From: Alphaproteobacteria bacterium
Lineage (GTDB): Bacteria > Pseudomonadota > Alphaproteobacteria > UBA828
Assembly: GCA_965220745.1 (NCBI GenBank)
Contig: CBDCQT010000010.1
Coordinates: 352,001 to 416,000, forward strand
DNA: 64,000 nt
Reading direction: 5' to 3'
Below the pieces are notes generated by a model. It was not told the DNA's origin, did not search any database, and saw nothing but the letters and a program-made list of their open reading frames with translations. This document shows, piece by piece, positions 9,235-18,699 of this stretch (positions within the stretch are counted from its first letter, which is position 1; each line of letters starts with the position of its first letter). Made by a program: the position numbers and the translations under genes.

Positions 9235-10057
9235 GCCGGCGCACCTTGGTATCGACGCGGTGGGCGCGGTGCTCGACCGCATCGGCCGCGCGGCGGTCGC
9301 GGTCAGCGGCGGGGTGGACAGCATGACGCTGGCGTTAATGGCCGGGCGCCGTCTGGGCGCAGAGAGCGCGATGTTCCACGCGGTATCGCCTGCGGTGCCG
9401 CCAGAGGCGACCGAGCGGGTGCGCGCCTTCGCCGCGCGTGAGGGGTGGCGGCTCACGGTCCTCGATGCGGGCGAGTTCGACGACCCCGCCTACCGCGCAA
9501 ACCCGGCCAACCGCTGCTTCTACTGCAAGACAAACCTCTACGGCGCGCTCGCCGCGCGGACCGACGCCACGCTGCTCTCGGGCACGAACCTGGACGATCT
9601 CGGCGACTGGCGGCCGGGGCTCAAGGCCGCCGAGGAGCACGGCGTGCGGCATCCCTTCGTCGAGGCGGGCATCGACAAGGCGGGGGTCCGCGCCATCGCG
9701 GCGGGCCTGGGCTTCGACGACTTGTCGCGGCTGCCGGCAGCGCCTTGTCTTTCCAGCCGCATCGAGACCGGGCTCCGCGTGGAGGCCGACGACCTCGCCT
9801 CGATCCACGCCGCCGAGCGCTACCTGGCACGGCAGCTGCGGCCGCTGGAACCCGAGACCGTGCGCTGCCGCAGGCGCAAGGCCGGCATCGTGATCGAGCT
9901 CGACGCGCCGACCCTCGATGCGCTGAGCGAGAGCCGCCGCGCTGCGCTCGGCGACACGGTCGCCGGCATGTTCGCCGCGGGCGATGAGGCCCAGCCGGTC
10001 AGCTTCGCGCCCTACCGGGTGGGCAGCGCCTTCCTGAGGCCCGCGCACCCGGCGTGA
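9227..10057 (+). CDS. larE: ATP-dependent sulfur transferase LarE
   Basis: PP-loop SGGVDS, RCFYCK, GTNLDDLGDWRPGLKAA, PCLSSR. Confidence 0.9.
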   Translation: MAEPAHLGIDAVGAVLDRIGRAAVAVSGGVDSMTLALMAGRRLGAESAMFHAVSPAVPPEATERVRAFAAREGWRLTVLDAGEFDDPAYRANPANRCFYCKTNLYGALAARTDATLLSGTNLDDLGDWRPGLKAAEEHGVRHPFVEAGIDKAGVRAIAAGLGFDDLSRLPAAPCLSSRIETGLRVEADDLASIHAAERYLARQLRPLEPETVRCRRRKAGIVIELDAPTLDALSESRRAALGDTVAGMFAAGDEAQPVSFAPYRVGSAFLRPAHPA

Positions 10058-10725
10058 GCACGCCCTCCGCCATCACCCTCGATCTCGAACGCCGCGCGCG
10101 CATCGGCATCGAGGAGGCCGTGCTCTGTGCGGGCAAGACGCCGGAGCAGCTGGCGGACATCCTCGTGCGGGCGGAGCAGGCGGAGCGGAGCCTGCTGTTG
10201 ACCCGTCTCGACGCGGCCCAGCGCGACACCTTGCCCGCCGCGCAGGCCGAGCGCATCGACTACGAGCCGCTGTCGCGCACCGGGGTCTTTGGCGCGGTCG
10301 CCGCACCTGCGGGCGAGACACGGGTCGCGATTGTCTCCGCCGGGACCTCGGACCAGCCGGTGTGCCGTGAGGCCGCCCGCACCCTCGCCTATCACGGCCA
10401 TGCCTCGGCGGAGATCGGCGACGTGGGGGTCGCGGGTCTCTGGCGGCTGATGGACCGGATCGACGAGATCCGCGCCTTCCCCATCGTCATCGTGGTCGCC
10501 GGCATGGACGCGGCACTGCCCTCGGTGGTGGGCGGGCTGGTGCCGGGCCTGGTGATCGCGGTGCCGACGTCCACCGGCTACGGCGTCGCCGAGGGTGGGG
10601 CCACGGCGATGGCGGCCATGCTCGCCTCCTGCGCGCCGGGGGTGACGGTGGTCAATATCGACAACGGCTACGGCGCCGCCTGCGCCGCGCTGCGGGCGCT
10701 CCTGCTGCTATCGCCGCAAACTTAA
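10054..10725 (+). CDS. larB: Nickel-pincer cofactor carboxylase/hydrolase LarB (PurE-like)
   Basis: AGTSD, DVGVAGLWRL, AGMDAALPSVV, PTSTGYG, NIDNGYGAA. Confidence 0.9.
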   Translation: MSTPSAITLDLERRARIGIEEAVLCAGKTPEQLADILVRAEQAERSLLLTRLDAAQRDTLPAAQAERIDYEPLSRTGVFGAVAAPAGETRVAIVSAGTSDQPVCREAARTLAYHGHASAEIGDVGVAGLWRLMDRIDEIRAFPIVIVVAGMDAALPSVVGGLVPGLVIAVPTSTGYGVAEGGATAMAAMLASCAPGVTVVNIDNGYGAACAALRALLLLSPQT

Positions 10726-11513
10726 CCCACGAGCGCACGCGCGGCTGCGGTGCGCTCGTGCAGCCCGCGCAGCGCGGTCAGCTCGTCCTCAGTGGGCGTG
10801 GGGGTCTCGGACAGATCGTCAGCGACCTTGAGCGGCCAACCGGTGGCAGCCACCACATCGTCGAGCGCGACGCCCGGATGGGTGTGGGTGAGGACGAGCT
10901 CGCGGCTCTCGGGATGGGGTTCCAGCACGCCGAGGTCGGTGATGACCGTGCTGGGCCCGCGGCCGGGGAGGCCTGAGCGCTCGCGCCAGTCGCCGCCGGT
11001 CAGGTGGCCGGCCGAGGTCACGAACTCGACCTTCTCGACGAAGCCGCGCCGCGACTGGCGCATGATGACGAAGACCTCTCCGGCAAGCCCCGCGATCTCC
11101 GGCGCGCCGCCGGCGCCGGGAAGCCGCGTCCTGGGCTGCGCGTAATCGCCGATCACGGTCGTGTTGATGTTGCCGAAGCGGTCGATCTGCGCCGCGCCGA
11201 GGAAGCCCACGGTGATGCGCCCGCCCTGTAGCCAGTAGCGGAAGATTTCGGCGGTGGAGACCACGAAGTCGGCGGTCTCGGCGAGCTCGCTGTCGCCGAT
11301 GGAGAGCGGCAGAACGGCGGGCTTCGCGCCGACGGTGCCGGACTCGTAGATCAGCACGGCGTCCGGCGCGTGGCTGACGCGGGCGAGGTTGGCGGCGGCG
11401 CTCGGCAGGCCGATGCCCACGAAGCACACGGTGCCGTTGTCTATGAGCCGCGCCGCGGCGACGGTCATCATCTCGTCGGCGGTGAAGGGTTGCTCGGTCA
11501 TGGTCTCGGTCAT
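10722..11513 (-). CDS. Acyl-CoA transferase beta subunit (glutaconate/3-oxoadipate CoA-transferase B type)
   Basis: FVGIGLP, LIYESG, GAAQIDRFGNINTT, LPGAGGA; exact start uncertain (11501, 11513 or 11525). Confidence 0.85.
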   Translation of the reverse strand: MTETMTEQPFTADEMMTVAAARLIDNGTVCFVGIGLPSAAANLARVSHAPDAVLIYESGTVGAKPAVLPLSIGDSELAETADFVVSTAEIFRYWLQGGRITVGFLGAAQIDRFGNINTTVIGDYAQPRTRLPGAGGAPEIAGLAGEVFVIMRQSRRGFVEKVEFVTSAGHLTGGDWRERSGLPGRGPSTVITDLGVLEPHPESRELVLTHTHPGVALDDVVAATGWPLKVADDLSETPTPTEDELTALRGLHERTAAARALVG

Positions 11514-11658
11514 GCGCGCCGTCATAGCCGGAACCACCCGCCCGATGGAAGGGTGAACCGGAGTGGGCGCGGCGCCGCCCTTGCCCGCACCCGGTCGTTA
11601 CGATAGGGAGACGGCCGAGCGGCGAGAGCGGCGCGCCGCGCACGGGGGACGAGGGGCG

Positions 11659-12639
11659 GTGGCGCTGCTCACGGTCGAAAACCTGACCAAGATATTCACG
11701 GTCGGCAAGGACGAGGACCTGATCGCGGTCAACAACGTCTCGTTCACGCTGGAGCGTGGCGAGACGCTGGGCCTGGTCGGCGAGAGCGGCTCGGGCAAGA
11801 CCACGGTCGGCCGTTGCGTGCTCCGGCTGATCGAGCCCACCGAGGGGCGCATCGCGCTCGGCGACCAGGAGATCAGCGAGCTCGACCCGGCGGGGCTCAG
11901 AGCGCTCCGGGCGCGGATGCAGCTGGTCTTCCAGGACCCTTTCGGCTCGCTTAATCCCAGACTCACCGTTTATCAAACCGTGGACGAGCCGCTGGCGCTG
12001 CACGGCGTGGGGCGGGCCGAGCGCAGACCCCGGGTCAGCGCGATGCTGGAGCGCGTGGGCCTCGGCCGCGAGGTCTTCACCTACTATCCGGCGGACCTCA
12101 CCGCGAGTGAGCAACAGCGCGTGGGGATCGCGCGGGCGCTGGTCACGGAGCCCGAGTTCGTGGTGCTCGACGAGCCCACCTCCATGCTCGACCCCTCGGC
12201 GCGGGCCGAGATTCTGGACCTGCTCAAGGCGATCCAGAACGAGACCGAGACCGCCTACATTTTCATCTCACACGACCTGACCTCGGTCGCGAAGATCAGC
12301 CATCGCATTGCGATCATGTACCTCGGCCACATCGTCGAGCATGCGCCAACCGAGATCATCATGGAGAGCCAGCGCCATCCCTATAGCCGTGCCCTGCTCT
12401 CCGCCGTCCTGTTCCCGGACCCGCACCGCCGGCCGGACCCCTACGTGATCGAGGGCGAGATCCCGACTGCGATCAACCCGAAGCCCGAGTGCCCGCTCTA
12501 CGGCCGCTGCCCGATCCGCGAAGACGCCTGCCGCGACGCGGTGCCGCCGCTGGTGGAGGTGGAGGCGGTGCACTACTCCGCCTGCCGGCGCTGGGACGAC
12601 GTGGCGGCCTCGATGGCGGACGCGCGCGGTGCTGCGTAG
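11659..12639 (+). CDS. Oligopeptide/dipeptide-family ABC ATPase with a non-canonical signature motif
   Basis: [20 protein letters not shown] in place of LSGGQ, VVLDE, ISHD, C-terminal HPY plus four Cys. Confidence 0.85.
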   Translation: MALLTVENLTKIFTVGKDEDLIAVNNVSFTLERGETLGLVGESGSGKTTVGRCVLRLIEPTEGRIALGDQEISELDPAGLRALRARMQLVFQDPFGSLNPRLTVYQTVDEPLALHGVGRAERRPRVSAMLERVGLGREVFTYYPADLTASEQQRVGIARALVTEPEFVVLDEPTSMLDPSARAEILDLLKAIQNETETAYIFISHDLTSVAKISHRIAIMYLGHIVEHAPTEIIMESQRHPYSRALLSAVLFPDPHRRPDPYVIEGEIPTAINPKPECPLYGRCPIREDACRDAVPPLVEVEAVHYSACRRWDDVAASMADARGAA

Positions 12640-12807
12640 CGCATGGCCGGGTCTGATCCGCGGGCCTGGCGTCGGAATGCGCTCTCGGCAAAATTTGAAC
12701 GAGCGCTTGTTTCAATTTTCTTCTAATATCCGGCCGCGTGCCGCGACGCGCGCACCCGCGCGCGCGGGCCGACCCTGCGGCGCAGAGGGAGACTGAGGAG
12801 AGACGAC

Positions 12808-14475
12808 ATGACCTTGGGTGACATCACAAGACGCGGCCTCGCGGTCGCGGCCACGGCAGCGCTCGCCGCGCTGGTGGCAGCGGCGCCGCCGAAGCCGGCC
12901 GCCGCCAATCAGGACACGATGGTGATCGCCATCGGCGCCCTGCCGCAGGGCATCGACCTCGACAAGCATGTGAGCCCGCAGACCTGGAGCATGGGCGCGC
13001 AGGTGTTCGAGGACGGGATGAATTGGGAGTCGATCGACTTCCCCTTCTCGACCGGCGACGCCTGGGACCCCTCCACCATTCCGGGCTTCATGTATCCCGA
13101 CTACATGGGCCAGAAGACCTTGGTGCCGGGCATCATCGAGAAGTGCGAGATGGAGCCGGACGGCCTGCGCGCCGTCTATCACCTGCGCAAGGGCGTGATC
13201 TCGCCCTGGGGCAACGAGTTCACCGCCGACGACGTGCTGTGGCGGATCGAGCGCGGCAAGGCCACGCAGGCGATCAACAACTTCCTCGAGTTCCTGCTCA
13301 GCATGCCGGGTCAGACCATCGACCCGCCGGAGAGCGGCGGCTACACGAAGATCGACGATTATACCGTCGAGCTCACTTCGTCCCGGCCCATGCCGCTCGC
13401 CTGCAAGGGGCTGACCAACTACTACAACGCCTGGCTCGACAGCACCGAGATCATGAGCCACGCCACGGAGGAGGACCCCTGGGGCGACAAGTGGGTGGCG
13501 ACCAACGGCGGCGGCTTCGGCGGCTACCGGGTGACCGAATGGACCGCCGGCAAGCGGGTCGTCATGGAGGCCAACGAGAACTACTGGCGCGGTGCGCCGG
13601 AGATCAAGCGCATCATCTATCTGGTGGTGCCGGAATCGGCCAACCGCGTCGCACTGCTCAAGCAGGGCAAGGTGCACATGGCCGAGGGACTGTCGCCGGA
13701 CGAGATCGTGGCGCTCGCTGACGATCCGAACGCGCGCGGCGTTGCGGTACGCGGCAACCAATCCATGTGGATGATGATCAACAACACGCTGCCGCCCTAC
13801 GACAACGTGAAGGTGCGCCAGGCGATGAATCACCTCATCAACCAGGAGGCGATCATCCGCGACATCTACCACGGCATGATGAACGCGTGGCAGGGCGTGA
13901 TGCCGAGCACCTATCCGGGCTACGAGCAGCACATGAAGTACGACTTCAACCCGGAGAAGGCCAAGGCGCTGCTGGCCGAGGCGGGCTATCCCGACGGTTT
14001 CGACGCCGAGCTCTCGTTCGACGCGGCCGTGGCGGCGATGGAATCGATCGGCGTCCTGTTGCAGAGCGACTTCAAGAAGGCCGGCATCAACCTCTCGCTG
14101 AGGAAGCTGCCGACCGCTGCGAACTCGGACAACGTGATGAGCAAGCAGGGCTCGCTCGCGCTCTGGACGGACATGCCGATTCAACCCGACATCAACTACG
14201 CGCTGAAGCTGGTGTGGCCGACCAACGCGCTGGTCAACTACCACAACTTCTCCGACCCGCTGGTCGACCAGGTGCTGCAGGACGGCCAGGGCGTGGTGGA
14301 TGCGGAGGCGCGCATCTCGGCGCACGCCGGTATCCAGGAGCATATCCACGACCAGGCCCCGCTGGGCTGGATCGGCGAGCACTATTTCGCCGTCGGCCTC
14401 TCGCGCAAGGTCAGCAACTTCCGCTGGTACACGACTCAGTACTACCACGTGGCGGAAATGAGCATCGCCGACTGA
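12808..14475 (+). CDS. ABC transporter substrate-binding protein, family 5
   Basis: TRR Tat-like signal, FTADDV, NENYW, VRQAMNHLIN, AKALLAEAGYPDGF; GAGGAG RBS. Confidence 0.85.
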   Translation: MTLGDITRRGLAVAATAALAALVAAAPPKPAAANQDTMVIAIGALPQGIDLDKHVSPQTWSMGAQVFEDGMNWESIDFPFSTGDAWDPSTIPGFMYPDYMGQKTLVPGIIEKCEMEPDGLRAVYHLRKGVISPWGNEFTADDVLWRIERGKATQAINNFLEFLLSMPGQTIDPPESGGYTKIDDYTVELTSSRPMPLACKGLTNYYNAWLDSTEIMSHATEEDPWGDKWVATNGGGFGGYRVTEWTAGKRVVMEANENYWRGAPEIKRIIYLVVPESANRVALLKQGKVHMAEGLSPDEIVALADDPNARGVAVRGNQSMWMMINNTLPPYDNVKVRQAMNHLINQEAIIRDIYHGMMNAWQGVMPSTYPGYEQHMKYDFNPEKAKALLAEAGYPDGFDAELSFDAAVAAMESIGVLLQSDFKKAGINLSLRKLPTAANSDNVMSKQGSLALWTDMPIQPDINYALKLVWPTNALVNYHNFSDPLVDQVLQDGQGVVDAEARISAHAGIQEHIHDQAPLGWIGEHYFAVGLSRKVSNFRWYTTQYYHVAEMSIAD

Positions 14476-14525
14476 TGGGGCTGCTGTAGAGCGTCCCTCG
14501 GGACGAGCGCCGATGAAGGCGCCCG

Positions 14526-14562
14526 GCCGGGGCGGCGGGTTCCCCCCGCCGCCCCGGCTTTC
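14526..14562 (+). terminator. 14-bp GC stem-loop after the SBP gene (attenuator or mRNA stabiliser)
   Basis: GCCGGGGCGGCGGG-ttccc-CCCGCCGCCCCGGC followed by a short T run. Confidence 0.55.
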
Positions 14563-14635
14563 GTACCGGCCCGTAGTCCCGGCGGCGCGTGACGCGTCTG
14601 CCGGGCGCAGCGGCGCGGGCTAGGCAGGCGCGGCC

Positions 14636-15691
14636 ATGCGGCTCGCACTCTATATCGGGCGCCGCTTTCTCTTCCTGATTCCCCAGGTCTTTCTGATCTC
14701 GTTCATCACCTTCGTGCTGGTGCGCTTGCTGCCGGGCGATCCGGCGCGCCTTTCGCTTGGGCCGCTCGCGCCCGAATCCTCGGTCGAGGCGCTGCGTGCC
14801 AAGATGTACCTGGACCGGCCGATCCCCGAGCAATACCTGATCTGGCTGGAGAACGCCTTTCAGGGCGATCTCGGCGAGTCCTGGGTCAACAACACCGAGG
14901 TGATTGACGATCTAGTTCACCGCATACCGGTGACCCTGGAGCTCATCTTCCTCGCGCTGCTCGTCGTCTTCGTGGTGCTGGTTCCGCTCGCGATCATCAC
15001 CGCGAGCCGCACCCGAAACTGGATCGTGCGGATATTCCAGAACCTTACCTTCGGCTACGGCATGCTGGCCGGCGCGCTGCCGGACTTCCTGCTCGGCCTG
15101 GTGCTGATCTTCTTCCTGTTCGCCGGTGCCGCGGGGCTGATGCCGGCGGAGATCCTGCCGGGCCCGGAGGGGCGGCTCGGCATCCTCGACTTCGAGCCGC
15201 CCTTCGTGACCGGCTCGATCCTGATCGACTCCTTGATCGCGGGCGACATGGAGATTTTCTGGTCGGGCTTCATGCACCTGATCATGCCGGTCTTCACGCT
15301 GGCCTTCGTCTATGGCGCGCCGATCTTCAAGATGCTGCGCAGCCAGATGGAAGGCGCGCTCAAGGCCGACTACACGACCTACGCGGAGGCCGTGGGTCTC
15401 GCGCCCCGGATCGTGCTCACGCGCGCCGCCCGTGTCGCCGCCGGCCCGACGCTGGTGATTACGGGCGTGGTGGTGATGTTCCTGCTGGGCGGCGCGGTCC
15501 TGGTCGAGCGGGTGTTCAACTACGTCGGGCTCGGCCAGTACGCGATCAACGGCATCGTCACCGCCGACTACGCGCCGATCCAGGGCTTCGTCTGCTTCGC
15601 CGCGATCTTCACGATGCTGGTCTATCTCGCCGTGGACCTGATCCACTTCGCGATGGACCCCCGCATCAAGATCGGCGGAACCCAGGCCTAG
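14636..15691 (+). CDS. ABC permease (DppB/OppB-like)
   Basis: LPGDPA, QGDLGES, hydrophobic helices, EAA-like loop. Confidence 0.9.
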   Translation: MRLALYIGRRFLFLIPQVFLISFITFVLVRLLPGDPARLSLGPLAPESSVEALRAKMYLDRPIPEQYLIWLENAFQGDLGESWVNNTEVIDDLVHRIPVTLELIFLALLVVFVVLVPLAIITASRTRNWIVRIFQNLTFGYGMLAGALPDFLLGLVLIFFLFAGAAGLMPAEILPGPEGRLGILDFEPPFVTGSILIDSLIAGDMEIFWSGFMHLIMPVFTLAFVYGAPIFKMLRSQMEGALKADYTTYAEAVGLAPRIVLTRAARVAAGPTLVITGVVVMFLLGGAVLVERVFNYVGLGQYAINGIVTADYAPIQGFVCFAAIFTMLVYLAVDLIHFAMDPRIKIGGTQA

Positions 15692-15703
15692 AGGCCGCGC
15701 GGG

Positions 15704-17434
15704 ATGGTCTGGCTCCGCATCAAGCGCACGCTCCTGGCGCTGCCGAAATGGCAGCTCGCCGTGCTGGCGATGTTCTTTGGGTGGATCTTCCTCACCATCT
15801 TCGGCCCCTATCTCGCGCCCTTCCCCACCGAGGTCGCCGAGCCCACCACCCGCCTGCTGCCGCCCAGCGGCACGTACCCGTTCGGCACCGACGAGAACGG
15901 GATCGACATCTTCTCTCGCGTGCTGGCTGCACCCCGCACCGATGTGGTGATCGGCGTGGTCGCAACCGCGCTCTCAGTCGTGATCGGCACGCCGCTCGGC
16001 GTCATCGTCGCGCTTTACGAGAGTCGGGGCGGCGCGGGCTCCACCGCCTTCGCCGAGACCTTCATGCGGCTGCTGGAGGTGATCCAGTCCTTCCCCGTGT
16101 TCGTCTTCGCGATGGTGCTGGTGGCGGTCTTCGGCGGCAGCGTCACCAACATCATCATCGCCATCGCCTTCGTTAACACGCCCGTGTTCGTGCGCATCGT
16201 GCGCTCCGACGTGCTCTCTCTGGTGCAGCGCCCCTTCTCCGAGGCGGCACGCGCCGTCGGCAACCGCGAGGTGCGCATCGGCTTCCGTCACGTGCTGCCC
16301 AACGCGCTGCCGACGGTGATCGTGCAGGTCTCGGTCACGGTTGGCTTCGCCATCCTGCTCACGGCGGGGCTCAGCTTCGTCGGTGCCGGGGTCAAGCCGC
16401 CGACACCGGAGCTCGGCGCGATGATCGCCTCCGGCGCCAAGTACCTGGAGATCGGCCAATGGTGGGCCGCGTTCTTCCCCGGTATCGCGCTCGGGCTGAT
16501 CGTCTTCTCCTTCGGCATCTTCGGCGAGATCATGACCCAGGTGATGGAGCCGCGCGCGGTGAGGCGGGAGACCGACCGCCGCCGCGAGCACGCGCTGGAG
16601 ACAGGCGGCGACGAGCCCGAGGTGCCCGACGCCCCCACCGTCACCCTCTCGCATATGAGCGAGCCGGTGCTCGCGGTGGAGCATCTGGGCGTCGTCGCCG
16701 TCGACTCGCGCCAGCCGCTGCTAAGCGAGATCCATCTCGCGCTCGAGGCCGGCCACAGCATGGGGATCGTGGGCGAGTCCGGCTCGGGCAAGTCGGTGCT
16801 GGTGAAGGCGCTGCTGCAGCTGCTGCCGCCGGAGTTGGCCGTCACCTCAGGCTCGGTGCGCTACCTCGATCACGACCTGCTGACGATGAGCAAGGGCTCG
16901 ATGCGGGCGATGCGCACGACGCAGATCGCGGCGATCCTGCCGAACGCGAAGTCGCAGCTGAACCCGCTCACCAACGTCGGCGACATGCTGCGCAGCGCGT
17001 TGCAGGCGCACGAGAAGATCAGCGCGAAGGAGGCCGAGGTCCGCTCGATCCAGTTGCTGGAGATGGTGGGCATCGTCGATCCGGCGCAGCGGCTGAGCGC
17101 CTTCCCCCACGAGCTGAGCGGCGGCATGGCCCAGCGGGTGTGCCTCGCCATGGCGCTGATGTACCACCCCAAGCTGCTCATCGCGGACGAGCCGACGGCC
17201 GGGCTCGACGTGACGATCCAGCGCCAGGTGCTCGACCTCACCCGCACGCTCGCCGAGGACGCCGGCACCGCACGCCTGCTCATCACGGGCGACCTCGGGA
17301 TCGCCGCGCACTACTGCGACACGGTGGCGGTGATGCAGGCGGGCAGAATCGTCGAGATCGACGAGACCGAGCGCCTGTTCGACGCGCCGCGTCATCCCTA
17401 TACCCAGCACCTGCTGGACTGCGTCCGGGTATAG
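15704..17434 (+). CDS. Fused ABC permease (DppC-like) plus ATPase (DppD-like)
   Basis: FGTDENGID, FSEAARAVG, RHVLPN; then GESGSGKS, LSGGMAQR, IADEPT. Confidence 0.9.
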   Translation: MVWLRIKRTLLALPKWQLAVLAMFFGWIFLTIFGPYLAPFPTEVAEPTTRLLPPSGTYPFGTDENGIDIFSRVLAAPRTDVVIGVVATALSVVIGTPLGVIVALYESRGGAGSTAFAETFMRLLEVIQSFPVFVFAMVLVAVFGGSVTNIIIAIAFVNTPVFVRIVRSDVLSLVQRPFSEAARAVGNREVRIGFRHVLPNALPTVIVQVSVTVGFAILLTAGLSFVGAGVKPPTPELGAMIASGAKYLEIGQWWAAFFPGIALGLIVFSFGIFGEIMTQVMEPRAVRRETDRRREHALETGGDEPEVPDAPTVTLSHMSEPVLAVEHLGVVAVDSRQPLLSEIHLALEAGHSMGIVGESGSGKSVLVKALLQLLPPELAVTSGSVRYLDHDLLTMSKGSMRAMRTTQIAAILPNAKSQLNPLTNVGDMLRSALQAHEKISAKEAEVRSIQLLEMVGIVDPAQRLSAFPHELSGGMAQRVCLAMALMYHPKLLIADEPTAGLDVTIQRQVLDLTRTLAEDAGTARLLITGDLGIAAHYCDTVAVMQAGRIVEIDETERLFDAPRHPYTQHLLDCVRV

Positions 17435-17482
17435 TCCGGCGGGCGCAACAGCGAGACGACAAGCGAAGCGCACGGGACGACC

Positions 17483-18676
17483 ATGACACGACATGTGGAG
17501 ATTGCCGGCGGCGGCTTCACCGGCCTCGCCCTGGGCACAGCGCTCGCGCAAGCAGGCTGGACGGCGCGGGTGCACGAGCGCACGGAGGAGATCCGCGCCT
17601 TCGGCGCCGGCATCTGGATCTGGGACAACGGCGTGCGGGTGCTCAAGGCCATCGGCGCGGCGGACGCAGCGCTGGAGGGCTGCACCGAGGCGCCGACCTA
17701 CATCAGCCGCGACGCCAAGGGCCGCTACATCGACGAGGTCCCTTTCGCACCGATCACCAGCACCGATCGCTCACGCATGTTCTGCATCACGCGCCAGCAG
17801 CTCCTGGCTGCGATCCTGGGCGCAGCCCAGCGCGCGGGCGTCGAGATCATCACCAGCTCGCAGGCGACGGGTGCGCGGCACGAGGGCGTGCTCATCACCG
17901 AGGGCGGGCGAGAGTGGCCGGCGGACCTGGTCATCGGCGCGGACGGGATCAACTCGAACGTGCGGGACTCGCTGGGCCTGCTGAAGAGCCGCAAGCCTCA
18001 TGTGGACGGCGCCATCCGCGTGCTCGTACCCCACGAGCCGGGCTACGCCGACACCGAGGAAGGCCGCACCATCCGCGAGTGGTGGAACGGCTATCGCCGG
18101 GTGCTCTACACGCCGTGCAACCGCGAGGTGTTCTACTTCTGCTTCACTATGCTCGCGCGGGATAAGGAGGCGGCCCAGATTCCCCTGCCGCGGGCGGTCT
18201 GGTCCGAGGCCTTCCCGCACATCGCATCAATGATCAGCCGGGTACCGGACGAGGGCCGCTACGACCGCTTCGAGACCATCAAGCTCAACGCCTGGAGCAA
18301 GGGCCGGGTGGCGATCGTGGGCGATTCGGCCCATGCCATGTCGCCGGGGCTCGGCCAGGGCTGTGGCACGGCGATCTCGAACGCCCTCTCGCTCGCCAAC
18401 ATGCTCCGCGAATCCGACGACATCGAGCGGGTGCTCGCGCGCTGGGAGGCACGGCAGCGGCCGATCTCCGAGCACACGCAGCTCTGGTCCACGATCACCT
18501 GGCCGCTCACGCTCTGGCCCCACTGGGCGGCGAAGCTTTATTTCAACATGCCGATTCTGCATCCCTGGGTGCTGAAGCAGCGGCGTAAGCCATCGGAGTT
18601 CCACGCCTACGGCACCGAGGACCAGGTGCGCTGGATGCCGCCGCACATGCGCACAGAGGCCGAGGCAGCCGCGTAG
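17483..18676 (+). CDS. FAD-dependent oxygenase, MHPCO-like (hydroxypyridine carboxylate ring cleavage), copy 1
   Basis: EIAGGGFTG, IRAFGAGI, GADG, LYTPCN, RYDRFET.KL, GDSAHAM.PGLGQG resemble Mesorhizobium MHPCO as recalled. Confidence 0.75.
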   Translation: MTRHVEIAGGGFTGLALGTALAQAGWTARVHERTEEIRAFGAGIWIWDNGVRVLKAIGAADAALEGCTEAPTYISRDAKGRYIDEVPFAPITSTDRSRMFCITRQQLLAAILGAAQRAGVEIITSSQATGARHEGVLITEGGREWPADLVIGADGINSNVRDSLGLLKSRKPHVDGAIRVLVPHEPGYADTEEGRTIREWWNGYRRVLYTPCNREVFYFCFTMLARDKEAAQIPLPRAVWSEAFPHIASMISRVPDEGRYDRFETIKLNAWSKGRVAIVGDSAHAMSPGLGQGCGTAISNALSLANMLRESDDIERVLARWEARQRPISEHTQLWSTITWPLTLWPHWAAKLYFNMPILHPWVLKQRRKPSEFHAYGTEDQVRWMPPHMRTEAEAAA

Positions 18677-18699
18677 GACGCGCGCGGCGCGGGCAGAGC

